Positions 28,463 through 39,558 are shown, counted from the first letter of the whole stretch. The stretch: DNA of 63,837 bases, filler included, from Candidatus Rokuibacteriota bacterium (GCA_031406795.1; 7 parts of 7 records of this genome joined end to end with filler, not necessarily neighbours in it), one strand, 5' to 3'. The notes: generated by a model not told the origin, from the letters alone. Numbers and translations are program-made.

Positions 28463-30940
28463 GCGGCGTTCGGGGCCTCGCAACTCAAGCTGAAGACGGC
28501 TTTCGGGGAGCTTCTGCCCCAGGGCAAGGAAAGCGTCATCGTCGCAAACAAGGTCAACGAGCGCCTGCCGGCCGCGACGACACTCAATATCGTGATCCAC
28601 GGACGCGAAAAAGAAGCCTTGAAGCGGTTTGTCGACGAACTGTCGAAGTCAATTCAGGCCATCGGCCCGCAGAAGGTCGGGACGGTCGACTCCGGCACCC
28701 GCGAATCGGACGCCTTCCTGCGGAAGTACCGGTATCTTTACGCGTCGCTGCCGGAGATCCAGGAGCTTCGGGACACCCTGGTCGACAGCTATGAGTACGA
28801 GGTTTCCAAGGCGGCGGGATTCGATCTCGGTCTGGACGACGAGGAGGCGCCGCCGAAGATCACGCGGGAGTGGGTCGAAGAGAAACTGAAGAAATACGAG
28901 AAGACCGAGGCCGAAGGCAAGCCGACGGGCATCGACGGCTATTATCTCGAACCGGGCGGCACGTTCATCGTCATGCTGGTACGTACCCCCGTCGCGACCG
29001 GGGACCTCGACCGGAACACCGAAGTCCTGGCCCTGATCAAGGAGGCGATCGAGAGGACGAACCCGAAGCGGTTCGACCCCACGATCACCATCGAATTCGC
29101 CGGCGACTTCATCACCGGCGCGGAGCAGTACCGGCACGTCAAGAACGACTTGAGCCACGTCGGGCTGATCGGCGTGGCGATGATCCTCGGCGTCGTCTTT
29201 CTCTTTTACCTGCGGGTCCGCACCCTGATCGTGATGGCCCTGACGATCGGCATCGGCGTGACCTGGACCTTCGGTTTTGCCTACGCTTCGATCGGCAGCC
29301 TGAATTCCTCCACCGGGTTCCTGTTCAGCATCGTCATCGGCAACGGAATCAATTTCGGCATCATCTACATGGCGCGCTACCTCGAGGCCCGCCGTACGGC
29401 GGACGTCGTCGAGAGCATCCGGGTCGCGCACCACGAGACCTGGATCGCCACGCTTTCGGCGGCCGGCGCCGCGATGGTTGCGTACGGCTCGCTCGTCGTC
29501 ACGGGCTTCCGCGGGTTCAAGCACTTCGGCGTGATCGGCGGCTCGGGGATGGTGTTCTGCTGGGTCGCGACCTATCTCTTCCTGCCGGCGCTCCTCGTGC
29601 TCTCCGAGCGGCTGGTGCCCGTTCGCCGCGACAGCGAATTCGCCGCCTCGCTGCGGGCAGTCTACGGGCGGCCCTTCGCCTATCTCGTCGGCCGGTTTCC
29701 GCGCGCGGTGTCCATTGTCGGCGTCGCGGTCGGGATCGTTTGCCTGGGCTTCACGATCCAGTATCTGAGCGTGGACCCCATTGAATACGACAACCGCATC
29801 CTGCGCACCGACACGCCGGGGTCGGCGATCGACGTGGCGCAAAAACTCGACGATCTGGTTGAGCCGGTCACCGGCAAGCAGGGCCACACGGGCGTCGCGA
29901 TCATGGTCGACCGCATCGAGCAGGTCCTGCCCCTGAAGGCCGCCCTCGAGGCCAAGCGGGCCCAGGCGCCGGAGGGGAGAAAGCCGTTCGAGAAGGTGAT
30001 CACGATCTTCGACCTGCTGCCCGCCGGGCAGGAAGAGAAGATCCCGCTGCTGCTCGAAGCCCGCAAGGTCGTCGTCAAGGCGCACCAGCGGAAGCTCATC
30101 TCGAAGGAGGACTGGGCGGACATCGAAAAGGAACTGCCACCCGAGGATCTGCGGCCGATCGGGATCGCGGACCTGCCCGATCAGGCGACACGGGCGTTTA
30201 CGGAGAAGGACGGGGCGCGCGGCCGATCCGTGTACGTTCTGCCGAGCAAGGGGCGGAGCGTCTGGGACGCGCACTACCTGATCGAGTGGGCCGCGGCTTT
30301 CCGCAACACCACGCTTCCCGACGGCTCGGTCGTCAAGGGCAGCGGGAACCCCGTCATTTTCGCGGATCTGATCCTGAGCATCGTCGAGGACGCCCCGAAA
30401 GCGATCCTGGTCTCGCTCCTCGGGACGCTGGCGGTCATCGTCATCACCTTCCGCAAACGGGGCCTCGTCCTGGCGGCGATCGGTTCGCTCGCCCTCGGGC
30501 TCTTCGGCATGGTCGCGGTGATGGCGCTCTACAAGGCGCGGGTCGATTTCTCGGGCGGGCAGTGGTTGCAGCTGGAGGGGATGAAGCTGAATTTTCTGAA
30601 TTTCGTCGCGCTGCCGATCTCCATCGGCGTCGGCGCGGACTACGCGGTCAATCTGCTCGAGCGCTATCGCCTGCTCGGGCCGACCCAGATCCGGCGCGTG
30701 CTGACCGAGACCGGAGGGGCCGTCGTCCTGTGCTCACTCACCACGACCCTGGGCTATCTCGCGCTGACCTTTTCCGCCAACCGGGCCATCGTGAGTTTCG
30801 GCATCGCGGCGGTCGCCGGTGAAATCAGCTGCATCCTGGCAGCGGTGCTCGTGCTGCCGGCGCTGCTGGAGTGGCGGGCACGAAGGATGATGCGGAAGAC
30901 AGCTGCGTCGGCGGCTGCCGGAGAAGCTCAGCGAACCTGA
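28463..30940 (+). CDS. MMPL/RND-family transporter (5'-truncated)
   Basis: Two TM clusters with GNGINFGI and GVGADYAV motifs. Confidence 0.85.
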   Translation, partial: AAFGASQLKLKTAFGELLPQGKESVIVANKVNERLPAATTLNIVIHGREKEALKRFVDELSKSIQAIGPQKVGTVDSGTRESDAFLRKYRYLYASLPEIQELRDTLVDSYEYEVSKAAGFDLGLDDEEAPPKITREWVEEKLKKYEKTEAEGKPTGIDGYYLEPGGTFIVMLVRTPVATGDLDRNTEVLALIKEAIERTNPKRFDPTITIEFAGDFITGAEQYRHVKNDLSHVGLIGVAMILGVVFLFYLRVRTLIVMALTIGIGVTWTFGFAYASIGSLNSSTGFLFSIVIGNGINFGIIYMARYLEARRTADVVESIRVAHHETWIATLSAAGAAMVAYGSLVVTGFRGFKHFGVIGGSGMVFCWVATYLFLPALLVLSERLVPVRRDSEFAASLRAVYGRPFAYLVGRFPRAVSIVGVAVGIVCLGFTIQYLSVDPIEYDNRILRTDTPGSAIDVAQKLDDLVEPVTGKQGHTGVAIMVDRIEQVLPLKAALEAKRAQAPEGRKPFEKVITIFDLLPAGQEEKIPLLLEARKVVVKAHQRKLISKEDWADIEKELPPEDLRPIGIADLPDQATRAFTEKDGARGRSVYVLPSKGRSVWDAHYLIEWAAAFRNTTLPDGSVVKGSGNPVIFADLILSIVEDAPKAILVSLLGTLAVIVITFRKRGLVLAAIGSLALGLFGMVAVMALYKARVDFSGGQWLQLEGMKLNFLNFVALPISIGVGADYAVNLLERYRLLGPTQIRRVLTETGGAVVLCSLTTTLGYLALTFSANRAIVSFGIAAVAGEISCILAAVLVLPALLEWRARRMMRKTAASAAAGEAQRT

Positions 30941-31710
30941 TCGCGCTTGTCCGCCGGTGTCCCCGGCGCCGCGCAGGGGGGGCAGGGGAACAAGGATTCC
31001 GCCCGGGCGTAGGCGGGGCTGTCGTCGACGTCGATCCAGACCCGCTCGCCGATGTCGAAGACGCGGGCCTTGCCGCGGGACGCCAGCACACGCACCCCCC
31101 CGGAGAGCGATTCGTCCCCGCTGCGGGAGCTCTCGTCGAGGGCCGCGAAGAGCGCCGGCGTGCAGAAGAAGATCCCGGTGTCGAACGCGTTGTACTCGGT
31201 GAGCGTCTTCCCGATGGCGCGAATCGCGCCTCCCTCGACCCGGACTTTGGTCACGTCCTCCAGGTCCGCCGTCGGGTGGTTCCGGATCCGCGAATCCACC
31301 GCCAGAATCACCTCGTCGTCGGCGATCGGCTCGGCCAGAAGACGCGAGAGGATCTCCCCGTCGAAGAGGTGGTCCGACATCAGCAGGAGGAAGCGGTCAC
31401 CGAGGCTGGCTCGGGCGCAAGCCACCGAGAGACCGTTCGCGCGCTCCCAGTCGGCGTTGCGGATAAAACGCACGTCGAGGCCGGCGAGCAGCGGCGAGGC
31501 GGGCACGAATCGCTCGATCTCGCCGGCGAGATAGCCGGTGACGATACAGAAGTTGCGGATCCCGCCCGCCGCGACCGTGCACATGACCCGCTCGATCAGG
31601 GTCGCGCCGCCGAGGGTGACCAGGGGCTTGGGCTCGCCGTGGTCGACGAGACGGCTCCCCTTGCCGGCGGCGATGATCAGGCAGTCGGTCCCTGCGGCCG
31701 GTGCGATCAC
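30928..31710 (-). CDS. NTP transferase, probable inositol-1-phosphate cytidylyltransferase
   Basis: IIAAGKGSRL..KPL, NGLS, MSDHLF, DTGIF, WIDVD; coupled to ino1. Confidence 0.75.
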   Translation of the reverse strand: MIAPAAGTDCLIIAAGKGSRLVDHGEPKPLVTLGGATLIERVMCTVAAGGIRNFCIVTGYLAGEIERFVPASPLLAGLDVRFIRNADWERANGLSVACARASLGDRFLLLMSDHLFDGEILSRLLAEPIADDEVILAVDSRIRNHPTADLEDVTKVRVEGGAIRAIGKTLTEYNAFDTGIFFCTPALFAALDESSRSGDESLSGGVRVLASRGKARVFDIGERVWIDVDDSPAYARAESLFPCPPCAAPGTPADKRDQVR

Positions 31711-32951
31711 GCGCGGGTGCGCTTTGCGGCGGCGCGCGCCTTCTTCGCCGTTGCCGCGAGGGCGCCCTTGCCGGCATTCTTGTCGGCCATCAGTGCAGCA
31801 GCTGTTGTTTCTTTCGTCCGTAAAGGGGCTTTCACGAGGGAGTCGGCGGCGAAGCGCTCGACCATGGCGAAGGCGAGCGAGTCGGGGTGCTGTTTGGGCG
31901 GGGTCTTCATGAAGTAGGCGCTGGGGGCCTCGAGCACGCCGCCGATGCCGCGGTCGCGGGCGATCTTGGCACAGCGGATCGCGTCGATGACCACGCCGGC
32001 GGAGTTGGGGGAGTCCTCGACGGAAAGGCGGCATTCCAGGTTCATCGGCACGTCGCCGAAGTGGCGGCTCTCGATGCGCAGGAAACACAGCTTGTTGTCC
32101 TTCTGCCAGGGCACGTAGTCCGAGGGCCCGACGTAGACGTCGTCGGGCTGGATCGTCAGGCCGCGGGCGACGATCTGGGAGACCACGGCGTTGGTCTTGC
32201 TGCGGCGCTTGCTGATCAGGCGGGCCTCTTCCTTCATGTTCAGGAAGTCGGTGTTGCCGCCGGTGTTGAGCTGATAGGTGCGGTCGATCGGCATGCCGCG
32301 GTCGAGAAAGAGATTGACCAGCGTGCGGTGCAGGATGGTCGCGCCGACCTGGCTCTTGATGTCGTCGCCGATCAGCGGCAGCCCGGCGCGCTTGAAGCGG
32401 TTGCTCCAGTAGTTGGTCTGCTTCCAGGCGCCGGCCTCGTCCTGGACCCAGCCGGAGGCGATGAAGACGGGGATGCAGTTGATGAAACCGCAGCCGCCCT
32501 CGAGGGCCTGCTCGACGTACCACTTGGTGGCCATCTCGCTGCCGACGGGCAGGAAGTTGACCACGACGTCGGTCCTGGTCTCGCGCAGCAGGCGGGCGAT
32601 GTCGGCGGTGGGTCCGGGGGCCTTGTGGATGACCGGGGAGAGGTAGGTGCCGATGCCGTCGTGGGTCATGCCGCGTACGACGGTGACGCCCTTGTGCGGC
32701 ACGTGCGCGAAGGTCTTGGTGCAGTTGGGGGCCGCGAGGATCGCCTGGGAGAGGTCCTTGCCGACCTTGTCGCGGTTGATGTCGATCGCCACGGTGAACT
32801 CGATGTCGCCGATGCGGTAGCCCCCGAGCACCGGGTGCATCAGCCCGGGGATAAACTGGTCGTCCGCGGTCTTGCGATAGTACTCGATGCCCTGCACGAG
32901 CGAGGAGGCGCAGTTGCCCACGCCGACGATGCCTACGCGAATCTTGCCCAT
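31707..32951 (-). CDS. ino1: myo-inositol-1(3)-phosphate synthase
   Basis: GVGNCASSLVQG, GDDIKSQVGAT, QLN.GGNTDFLNM, DSPNSAG. Confidence 0.95.
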   Translation of the reverse strand: MGKIRVGIVGVGNCASSLVQGIEYYRKTADDQFIPGLMHPVLGGYRIGDIEFTVAIDINRDKVGKDLSQAILAAPNCTKTFAHVPHKGVTVVRGMTHDGIGTYLSPVIHKAPGPTADIARLLRETRTDVVVNFLPVGSEMATKWYVEQALEGGCGFINCIPVFIASGWVQDEAGAWKQTNYWSNRFKRAGLPLIGDDIKSQVGATILHRTLVNLFLDRGMPIDRTYQLNTGGNTDFLNMKEEARLISKRRSKTNAVVSQIVARGLTIQPDDVYVGPSDYVPWQKDNKLCFLRIESRHFGDVPMNLECRLSVEDSPNSAGVVIDAIRCAKIARDRGIGGVLEAPSAYFMKTPPKQHPDSLAFAMVERFAADSLVKAPLRTKETTAAALMADKNAGKGALAATAKKARAAAKRTRA

Positions 32952-33087
32952 GGGATTTCAACCTCCTTGAAGTCGGCCGATGGTCAGTCAGGGCGCGAAT
33001 TCTAACAGAAACCCCGTTCCGCTGACAATCGGCGGTAATCGAGCGCACTGCCGGAAAGCACGCACCGGTTTCTGCTATGATTCCACC

Positions 33088-33230
33088 ATGGCTCCCGATG
33101 ACCGGATCATCGACCATCCGTACGACCGCACGGGCCGTTACTTCATTCTCGGCGCCCTCGGCATTGCGCTGTACTTCGCCAGGAAGGTCTTTCAGCCGTT
33201 CTTCTCGGCGATCGCGATCGCCCCCATTCT
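33088..33230 (+). CDS. Membrane protein N-terminus, possibly AI-2E family (truncated)
   Basis: Hydrophobic helix followed by QPFFSAIAIA. Confidence 0.4.
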
Positions 33231-33330
33231 NNNNNNNNNNNNNNNNNNNNNNNNNNNNNNNNNNNNNNNNNNNNTTAATTAATTAANNNNNNNNNNNNNN
33301 NNNNNNNNNNNNNNNNNNNNNNNNNNNNNN

Positions 33331-33809
33331 TCGACGGCCTTGCGCGCCTCGGCGATCGCCTTCTCGAGGTCCTTCTCGGCGACATGAACGGAACTCATCA
33401 GCAGGTGCCCATCGACGTTGGCCGGCTCGGTTGCGAGCGCGTACTCCACCTTTTCGCGGGCCCGCGCGGCCTCCCTGCCGGCTAGCAGGATTCCCGCGAG
33501 CTTGAGCTGAGCGTCCACGTTCTCCTTCTTCAACTCCACGCTGCGCGAGAGGTCGGCGTAGGCCTCCTTGACCTGTCCCGCCATCAAGTAGGCCAGGCCG
33601 AGCTTGTAGTAGGCGAAGGCGTCCTTGGGGTCGATCTGGAGGATGTTCCGGAATTCGATGATTGCCTCGCGGGGTTTGGACTCCGCCAGGTAGGCCTCGC
33701 CTTTCTTCAAGTGCTTGGCCTTCCTCTGCTCGGGGCTGCACCCCGGGAAACAGGAAACTGCCACGGCGACGACAAGACAGAACGAAACTCTGCGCACAAA
33801 ACTGAGCAT
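33331..33809 (-). CDS. TPR-repeat lipoprotein (PrsT-like), truncated
   Basis: Lipobox-like FPGC; EAIIEFRNILQIDP; TPR helices. Confidence 0.75.
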
Positions 33810-34100
33810 GGCGAATTCTCCAAGGGAGTTTGGTTGCATAATTACCTAGAAGGCCTCATATTGTACAGAGAAATTCTCAAGGGTATTTCGATGGCATTCT
33901 GTGGATTACGGAAGTTTCGTTGCGAAGGATGGGTGGTGCACCGGCGCATCCCGTACCTGTAATTGTCATCCTTGCCGTCGCATTATTGTGACTGTGATCA
34001 CAGACTAGGACTGCGAGGGGTTCAGAATCATAATTGCTAAAGGGCGGATTCAGCGCGGAACAGCTGTTTACGTTGAGTCGTCGGTGCGGGGGGGACGGGA

Positions 34101-35630
34101 ATGCAAACAACCAGGAGCGCGGATGGAACGAAGGGGCATGTCTGCCAGCTCGGGGGGCTTTCCTGCTTCATTGCCACGGTCATCGCGTTGTTGTTTTGGG
34201 TTGGCATCGGGACCGCTGCGGCGGGACAGGTTACCCTCGCTTGGGATGCGAACACCGAACCTGATGTGTCTGGATACAAGCTCTATTCCGGAACCGCTAC
34301 CCGTGTCTATGGGACACCGATCACCGTCGGCAATGTGCTGACCTACACGGTCACCGGCTTGGCGGATGGTCAGACCTTCTACTTCGCCGTGACCGCCTAC
34401 GACACTTTTGGGAACGAGAGTGGGTATTCCAACGAAGTCGTCTACACAGTTCCAAGTCTGGTTGAGATCAACCTCGTCGGCAACGCCGTCTCGATCGTCG
34501 ACGGCGACGCCACCCCCTCGGCGACCGACTTCACCGACTTCGGCGGCACGGACGTCACTGCCGGAACGGTCGCTCGCACCTTCACGATCCAGAACACCGG
34601 CACCGGCGCCCTGACCCTGTCCGGTACGCCCTTGGTCGCGGTCAGCGGCACGAACGCCGCGGATTTCACCGTCACCGCGCTGCCGACAGCCTCGGTCGCC
34701 GCGGCCGGGAGCACGACCTTCACGGTCACCTTCAACCCGAGCGCCGCAGGAGTGCGTGTCGCGGCGCTTTCGATCGCGAACAGCGATGCTGACGAGAACC
34801 CCTACAACTTCTCCATCCAGGGGACCGGCACCACCGCGCCCGAGATGAACCTGGTCGGCAATGCCGTCTCAATCGTCGACGGCGACGCCACGCCCGTGAC
34901 GGCGGATTTCACGGACTTCGGCGGCGCCGATATCATCGCCGGCACCGTCGCTCGCACCTTCACGATCCAGAACACCGGCACCGGCGCGCTGACCCTTTCG
35001 GGCACACCGCTGGTTGCGGTCAGCGGCACGAACGCCGCGGACTTCACGGTCAGTGCGCTGCCGTCGGCCTCGGTGGCCGCTGCGGGGAGCACGACCTTTA
35101 CGGTCACGTTCAACCCGAGCGCCGCCGGGACGCGCGTCGCGTCGCTCTCGATCGCCAACAGTGACGCCGACGAAAACCCCTACAACTTCTCCATCCAGGG
35201 TAGCGGCACCACCGCGCCCGAGATGAACCTCGTCGGCAACGCGGTTTCGATCGTCGACGGCGACACCACGCCCGCCACGGCGGACTTCACGGACTTCGGC
35301 GGCGCGAAGCTGACCGGCGGGACGGTGGTTCGCACGTTCACGATCCAGAACACCGGCTCCGGCGCGCTGACCCTCTCGGGCGCGCCCCTGGTCGCAATCA
35401 GCGGCACCAACGCCGCGGACTTCAATCTGAGCGCGCTGCCCACGGCCTCCGTTGCAGCAGCCGGCAGCACGACTTTCTCGGTCACCTTCGACCCGAGCGC
35501 TACCGGAACGCGCGTCGCCACGCTCACGATCGCCAGCAGCGACGCCGACGAAAACCCCTATAACTTCGGTATTCAGGGCAGAGGTGTGGCGCCGCCGGCT
35601 GCCCCGGGCAACGCCCGCGTCGCACCGTGA
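34101..35630 (+). CDS. Secreted FN3 + three choice-of-anchor-D/Ig-like repeat protein
   Basis: [10 protein letters not shown]...NESGYSNEV; three 126-aa repeats ending [11 protein letters not shown]. Confidence 0.85.
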   Translation: MQTTRSADGTKGHVCQLGGLSCFIATVIALLFWVGIGTAAAGQVTLAWDANTEPDVSGYKLYSGTATRVYGTPITVGNVLTYTVTGLADGQTFYFAVTAYDTFGNESGYSNEVVYTVPSLVEINLVGNAVSIVDGDATPSATDFTDFGGTDVTAGTVARTFTIQNTGTGALTLSGTPLVAVSGTNAADFTVTALPTASVAAAGSTTFTVTFNPSAAGVRVAALSIANSDADENPYNFSIQGTGTTAPEMNLVGNAVSIVDGDATPVTADFTDFGGADIIAGTVARTFTIQNTGTGALTLSGTPLVAVSGTNAADFTVSALPSASVAAAGSTTFTVTFNPSAAGTRVASLSIANSDADENPYNFSIQGSGTTAPEMNLVGNAVSIVDGDTTPATADFTDFGGAKLTGGTVVRTFTIQNTGSGALTLSGAPLVAISGTNAADFNLSALPTASVAAAGSTTFSVTFDPSATGTRVATLTIASSDADENPYNFGIQGRGVAPPAAPGNARVAP

Positions 35631-35726
35631 TCGCTTGACAGTCTCGACCGGGGAGGGTTCAAGCTCCCAGCTTCAGCTGGAAGCGGTTTAGCCTCCCGTT
35701 TACCGGGCAAAACGAAACCCCCTCTT

Positions 35727-35747
35727 TCCCCCTTTCGAAAAGGGGGA
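35727..35747. terminator. Hairpin between convergent genes
   Basis: TCCCCCTTT CGA AAAGGGGGA. Confidence 0.4.
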
Positions 35748-35815
35748 TGCAGTGGGTTTGGAGCAACCGCAAGACTGGTGGCGTACCGCGCAGATGGGCC
35801 TTTTTCAGCAGCCCG

Positions 35816-36658
35816 TCAAGGGCGCTGCGCGACCACCAGGGGTTCGGCGACTTTCAGCTTCTCGCGGAACGCCCAGTCCAGCCACTCGAGTTGTTCCGTC
35901 GAGAACTGCCGCACCGCCCCCTGGACGAAGGCGGCCAGTTGGGATTTGTCTTCGAAGCGAACCCCGTAATACCCGTTGGCGTAGGCGCCCCGGCCGCTGA
36001 AGTAGACTGACCCGTCCTGGGCCACGTCGATCATCAGGTCGTGGTTCTTGAAGATCTCCGAGCCGCCGACCCGGGAGACTGCGCCGTAGCGCTGGGCGCG
36101 GACATCCCGATAGATCAGCAGCCCGGTGACCACGAGCAGCACGAGAAGCGCGCTCACCGCCGTCCGCGCCACGGAGCGGTAGACCTGCGGATTGAAGAGA
36201 TCCTGCCGGGAGAACGCGACGTGCGCCGGGATCGCCTGCTCGATGTCGGTCAGCCGCGCCAGAACCGGCTGCACGACTTTCCCGGTGAAATTCTCCACAT
36301 CGGATATCGCCACGCCGTCGAGCGGGTCGGCCATCGCCAGCCGCAGGACGTTGTTGCTCTCCAGGGAAAGGGGGACGACGCTGTACTTCTTGCACAAGAA
36401 CCGGGGAAGCACCGCGGCCGCGTCGCTGCGAAACTCATCGTCGACCTTGGCGATGCCGAGCCTCAACTGAGCCGAGAGCGCATCGGTCAGGCTCTCGGCG
36501 CTGAGCAGCTTCATCCTGACGAGGATTGAGCCGAGGCGACGAACACCCCCGACCTGGACGCGCAGAGCCTGGTCTAGCTGCTCTTTCGTGATCAGTCCGC
36601 GCTCGAGGAGGATCTCTCCCAACAGGATCTTGCCACTCGGCTTCTGCGTCTCGTCCAT
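35816..36658 (-). CDS. MshEN/GspE N-terminal domain protein with TM helix and no ATPase domain
   Basis: LGEILLERGLITKEQLDQALRVQ...RLGSIL; LAMADPLD. Confidence 0.8.
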   Translation of the reverse strand: MDETQKPSGKILLGEILLERGLITKEQLDQALRVQVGGVRRLGSILVRMKLLSAESLTDALSAQLRLGIAKVDDEFRSDAAAVLPRFLCKKYSVVPLSLESNNVLRLAMADPLDGVAISDVENFTGKVVQPVLARLTDIEQAIPAHVAFSRQDLFNPQVYRSVARTAVSALLVLLVVTGLLIYRDVRAQRYGAVSRVGGSEIFKNHDLMIDVAQDGSVYFSGRGAYANGYYGVRFEDKSQLAAFVQGAVRQFSTEQLEWLDWAFREKLKVAEPLVVAQRP

Positions 36659-36852
36659 GATCGTCCCCCCAAACTCGCCTGATCGGGAATTCCCGATCGA
36701 CCGCTCGGACTCTCCCTGTTGTCCTCGTGAGTTCCCGAGCGCAACGCTCCCTGGCGATCCCTACGACCATCCCATCGATGAACCGTCTTTTTCAATATAG
36801 CCGCTCTTTCAACAATCCGCACCGACAAACCCAGGGTACACGGACGCGGCTC

Positions 36853-38883
36853 TCAAGGCGACATCGCGCTGGTCAGAGTCTGCCAGGCGCCGCTCTGAGG
36901 CGAGTACACGCCGAAGTCGCTCTTGCCATCCCCGTCGAAATCGCCCACCACCTGGTCGGTCCCGGCATAGCCGAACAGGGTCTGTTGGAACCCTTCGCTG
37001 CTCTTCAGGACGTACCAGTTGCCGCTGGAGGGGTGGTAGCAGCCGAAGTCGCTCCTGCCGTCCCCGTCGAAGTCGCCGACCACCGGCTTGGTGCCGACGT
37101 AGCCGAACTGGGTCTGCCAGAACCCTTCGGTGCTCTTGAACACGTACCAGTTGCCCCCCGGCGGGTAGTAGCAGCCGAAATCGGACTTGCCGTCCCGGTC
37201 GAAGTCGCCCACGATCGGCTCCGTCCCGGCGTAGCCGAACGTGGTCTGCCAGAACCCCCGCTGGCTCATGAAGAGGTACCAGTTGCCCCCCGGTGGGTAA
37301 TAGCAGCCGAAGTCGTCCCGGCCGTCGCCGTCGAAATCCCCGACCACGGGAATCGTCCCGGAAAAGCCGAACGTCGTCTGCCAGAACCCCTCGCTGCTCT
37401 TGAGGATGTACCAGTTGCCCCCCGGCGGATAGTAGACGCCGATGTCGCTTCTGCCGTCGCCGTCGAAGTCCCCGGTGACCGGAATCGTCCCCGCGTAGCC
37501 GAATTGCGGCTGCCACAAACCTTCCGTGCTCCTGTTGATATACCAGTTGCCCCCCGCCGGCGCATAGCACCCGACGTCGTCGCGCCCATCCCCGTCGAAA
37601 TCGAGATCGGCGCCCGGAGCGTTGAGCATCACGCAGCCGACCGGCATCGAGGCGATGCCCTTGGCGATCGACAGCGAGACTGCGCTTGAAAGAGAACCGA
37701 CCGTCGGGTGGGTCGCGCAGGCCGCCTCCGTCCGCACCAGGTAGGTGCCGGGGACGCTCCAGGATTGCGCGGCAAGGACGGGCTGACCCGGTTCGAGCCA
37801 ATTTGAAACCGTGCCGTCCCCCCAGTGAAACCGGTAGCGGAGGGCGTGGCCGGCGCTGGAGGCGGCGCCTCCGGCCGAGAAGGCGTACCTGACGCTGACG
37901 TCGCCACCGGTTGCGCCGCGCGGGGCGGATGCCGCGGAGATCGTCTCAGGGGTTCCGGCGGCGATGATGACCGTCAGCGCCGGCGAGGTGCTCGAAACGA
38001 TCGATTGGTGCAATCCGCAACGCGCCTCGGCGCGGACCAGCGAGTAGGTGCCCGGGGCGTTCCAGGTCTTGGTCGCGCTGGCGGCGGCCGCGGGCAGCCA
38101 CTCGGAGACGCTGCCGTCGGACCAGGAGAAACGGTACTGCACGGGGTCGCCGGTGCTGGAGATCGCGCCGCCGGTCGTGTACGTGTAGGCGGTGCCGACC
38201 AACCCGATCCTCGGTCCGCTCGGCGCCAGCGGGGCCGAGATCGTCTCCAACGGCGCGGCCGCGATCGTGACCGCAAGCGCGGGGGAAACCTGCGAGACGA
38301 CGGTCGGGTGCAGCGAACACCGCGCCTCGACGCTGACCAGCGTGTAGGATCCGGGCGCGCTCCAGGTCTTCGCCGCGCTGGTCACGCCGGCGGCGAGCCA
38401 AGCCGAAGCGGTGCCGTCGGACCACGAGAAGCGGTACTGGACGGCGTCTCCGGTGCTGGATACAGCGCCGCTTGCCGTGTACGTGTACGCCACGCCGACC
38501 ACGCCGGTCACCGGACCAGCGGGACGCAGCGGGGTCGAGATGGTCTCGACGCCGGCAGCGGGGGTGGTCATCGTGACTTCGTTGGAATAGCCGCTCTCGT
38601 TCCCGACACTGTCAGAGGCGGTAACGGCAAAGAAATACTTCGTGCTCGCCGCAAGGCCGTCGACGACTCGACTGACGACGTTGCCGACATCGAGGTGGGT
38701 GGTATAGGTCCGGCTCACAAGCCCGTAGTGAACCTTGTAGCCTGTCAGATCCGGCTCCGCGTTCGGGTCCCATTGCAGCGTGACGCTGGCGGCGTCCGCC
38801 TGGACCGCAACGCCGCACACCCACACCGCGGCAATCAGGAAATACTTCGATCCCCGGCGGCAGCCCTGCAAGAAACTTCCCAT
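36853..38883 (-). CDS. Secreted FN3 + PKD-like x3 + FG-GAP x6 protein
   Basis: FN3 WDPN.EPD; YRFSWSDG repeats; six GDFDGDG repeats of 44 aa. Confidence 0.85.
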   Translation of the reverse strand: MGSFLQGCRRGSKYFLIAAVWVCGVAVQADAASVTLQWDPNAEPDLTGYKVHYGLVSRTYTTHLDVGNVVSRVVDGLAASTKYFFAVTASDSVGNESGYSNEVTMTTPAAGVETISTPLRPAGPVTGVVGVAYTYTASGAVSSTGDAVQYRFSWSDGTASAWLAAGVTSAAKTWSAPGSYTLVSVEARCSLHPTVVSQVSPALAVTIAAAPLETISAPLAPSGPRIGLVGTAYTYTTGGAISSTGDPVQYRFSWSDGSVSEWLPAAAASATKTWNAPGTYSLVRAEARCGLHQSIVSSTSPALTVIIAAGTPETISAASAPRGATGGDVSVRYAFSAGGAASSAGHALRYRFHWGDGTVSNWLEPGQPVLAAQSWSVPGTYLVRTEAACATHPTVGSLSSAVSLSIAKGIASMPVGCVMLNAPGADLDFDGDGRDDVGCYAPAGGNWYINRSTEGLWQPQFGYAGTIPVTGDFDGDGRSDIGVYYPPGGNWYILKSSEGFWQTTFGFSGTIPVVGDFDGDGRDDFGCYYPPGGNWYLFMSQRGFWQTTFGYAGTEPIVGDFDRDGKSDFGCYYPPGGNWYVFKSTEGFWQTQFGYVGTKPVVGDFDGDGRSDFGCYHPSSGNWYVLKSSEGFQQTLFGYAGTDQVVGDFDGDGKSDFGVYSPQSGAWQTLTSAMSP

Positions 38884-39078
38884 GGCGTTGCCCCCTACCC
38901 CATGCAGAGTATCGTACATCGGTTGCGCCATGTCGACTGGTTTCTGACTTTCCGAGCCTTGGCGCACCCTCCCCCGCTTGTCAGTATCGGCGCGATCGTA
39001 TGACAAAAGAAGTGACGCAAATCACCTGGTCGCGCCGGGTGCCTTGCCTTCTTCGGGACGCCGCTCTACCCTGCGATC

Positions 39079-39558
39079 ATGACTCCGGACGCGCCGCGCC
39101 GCAGAACCCTCCACGTCGCCTGCGCGCTGATCGAACACGGCGGGCTTGTGCTGTCGGTCCGCCGCAGCGCGACGATGAGCCTGCCGCTGAAGTGGGAGTT
39201 TCCCGGCGGCAAGATCGAGCACGGCGAGAGCGCCGCCGGCTGCCTGCGCCGCGAATTGCGCGAAGAGCTCGGGGTCGAGGTGGAAATCGGGACCGCCCTG
39301 CCGACCACCGCGCACGATTACCCGGAGTTCTCGGTCGTCCTGTATCCATTCCGCTGCTGGATCACCGCGGGCGAGCCGACGCTGCACGAGCACGCCGAGG
39401 CGCGCTGGCTCTCCCCCGCCGACCTCTTCACCGTGGACTGGGCCGCCGCGGACCTGCCGGTGCTCGATGCCTGGAGAGCGGCGGCGGGGAACTTTTACGA
39501 GTTCACGGCTTCCAATCAGCGGTATCATGGGCCGACAACAACAGACGAGGAGCAGTCG
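39079..39558 (+). CDS. mutT: MutT-like NUDIX hydrolase; reads in frame into the next gene
   Basis: WEFPGGKIEHGES...RELREELG; WAAAD. Confidence 0.75.

Noticed and set aside
30928-33117. 729-aa ORF as an Ino1-IPCT fusion
   Set aside because: Ino1 is in a different frame; the transferase starts at GTG 31710.
36880-37610. 132-bp periodic repeats as a non-coding array or DGR
   Set aside because: They encode FG-GAP repeats with mostly synonymous variation, and there is no reverse transcriptase.
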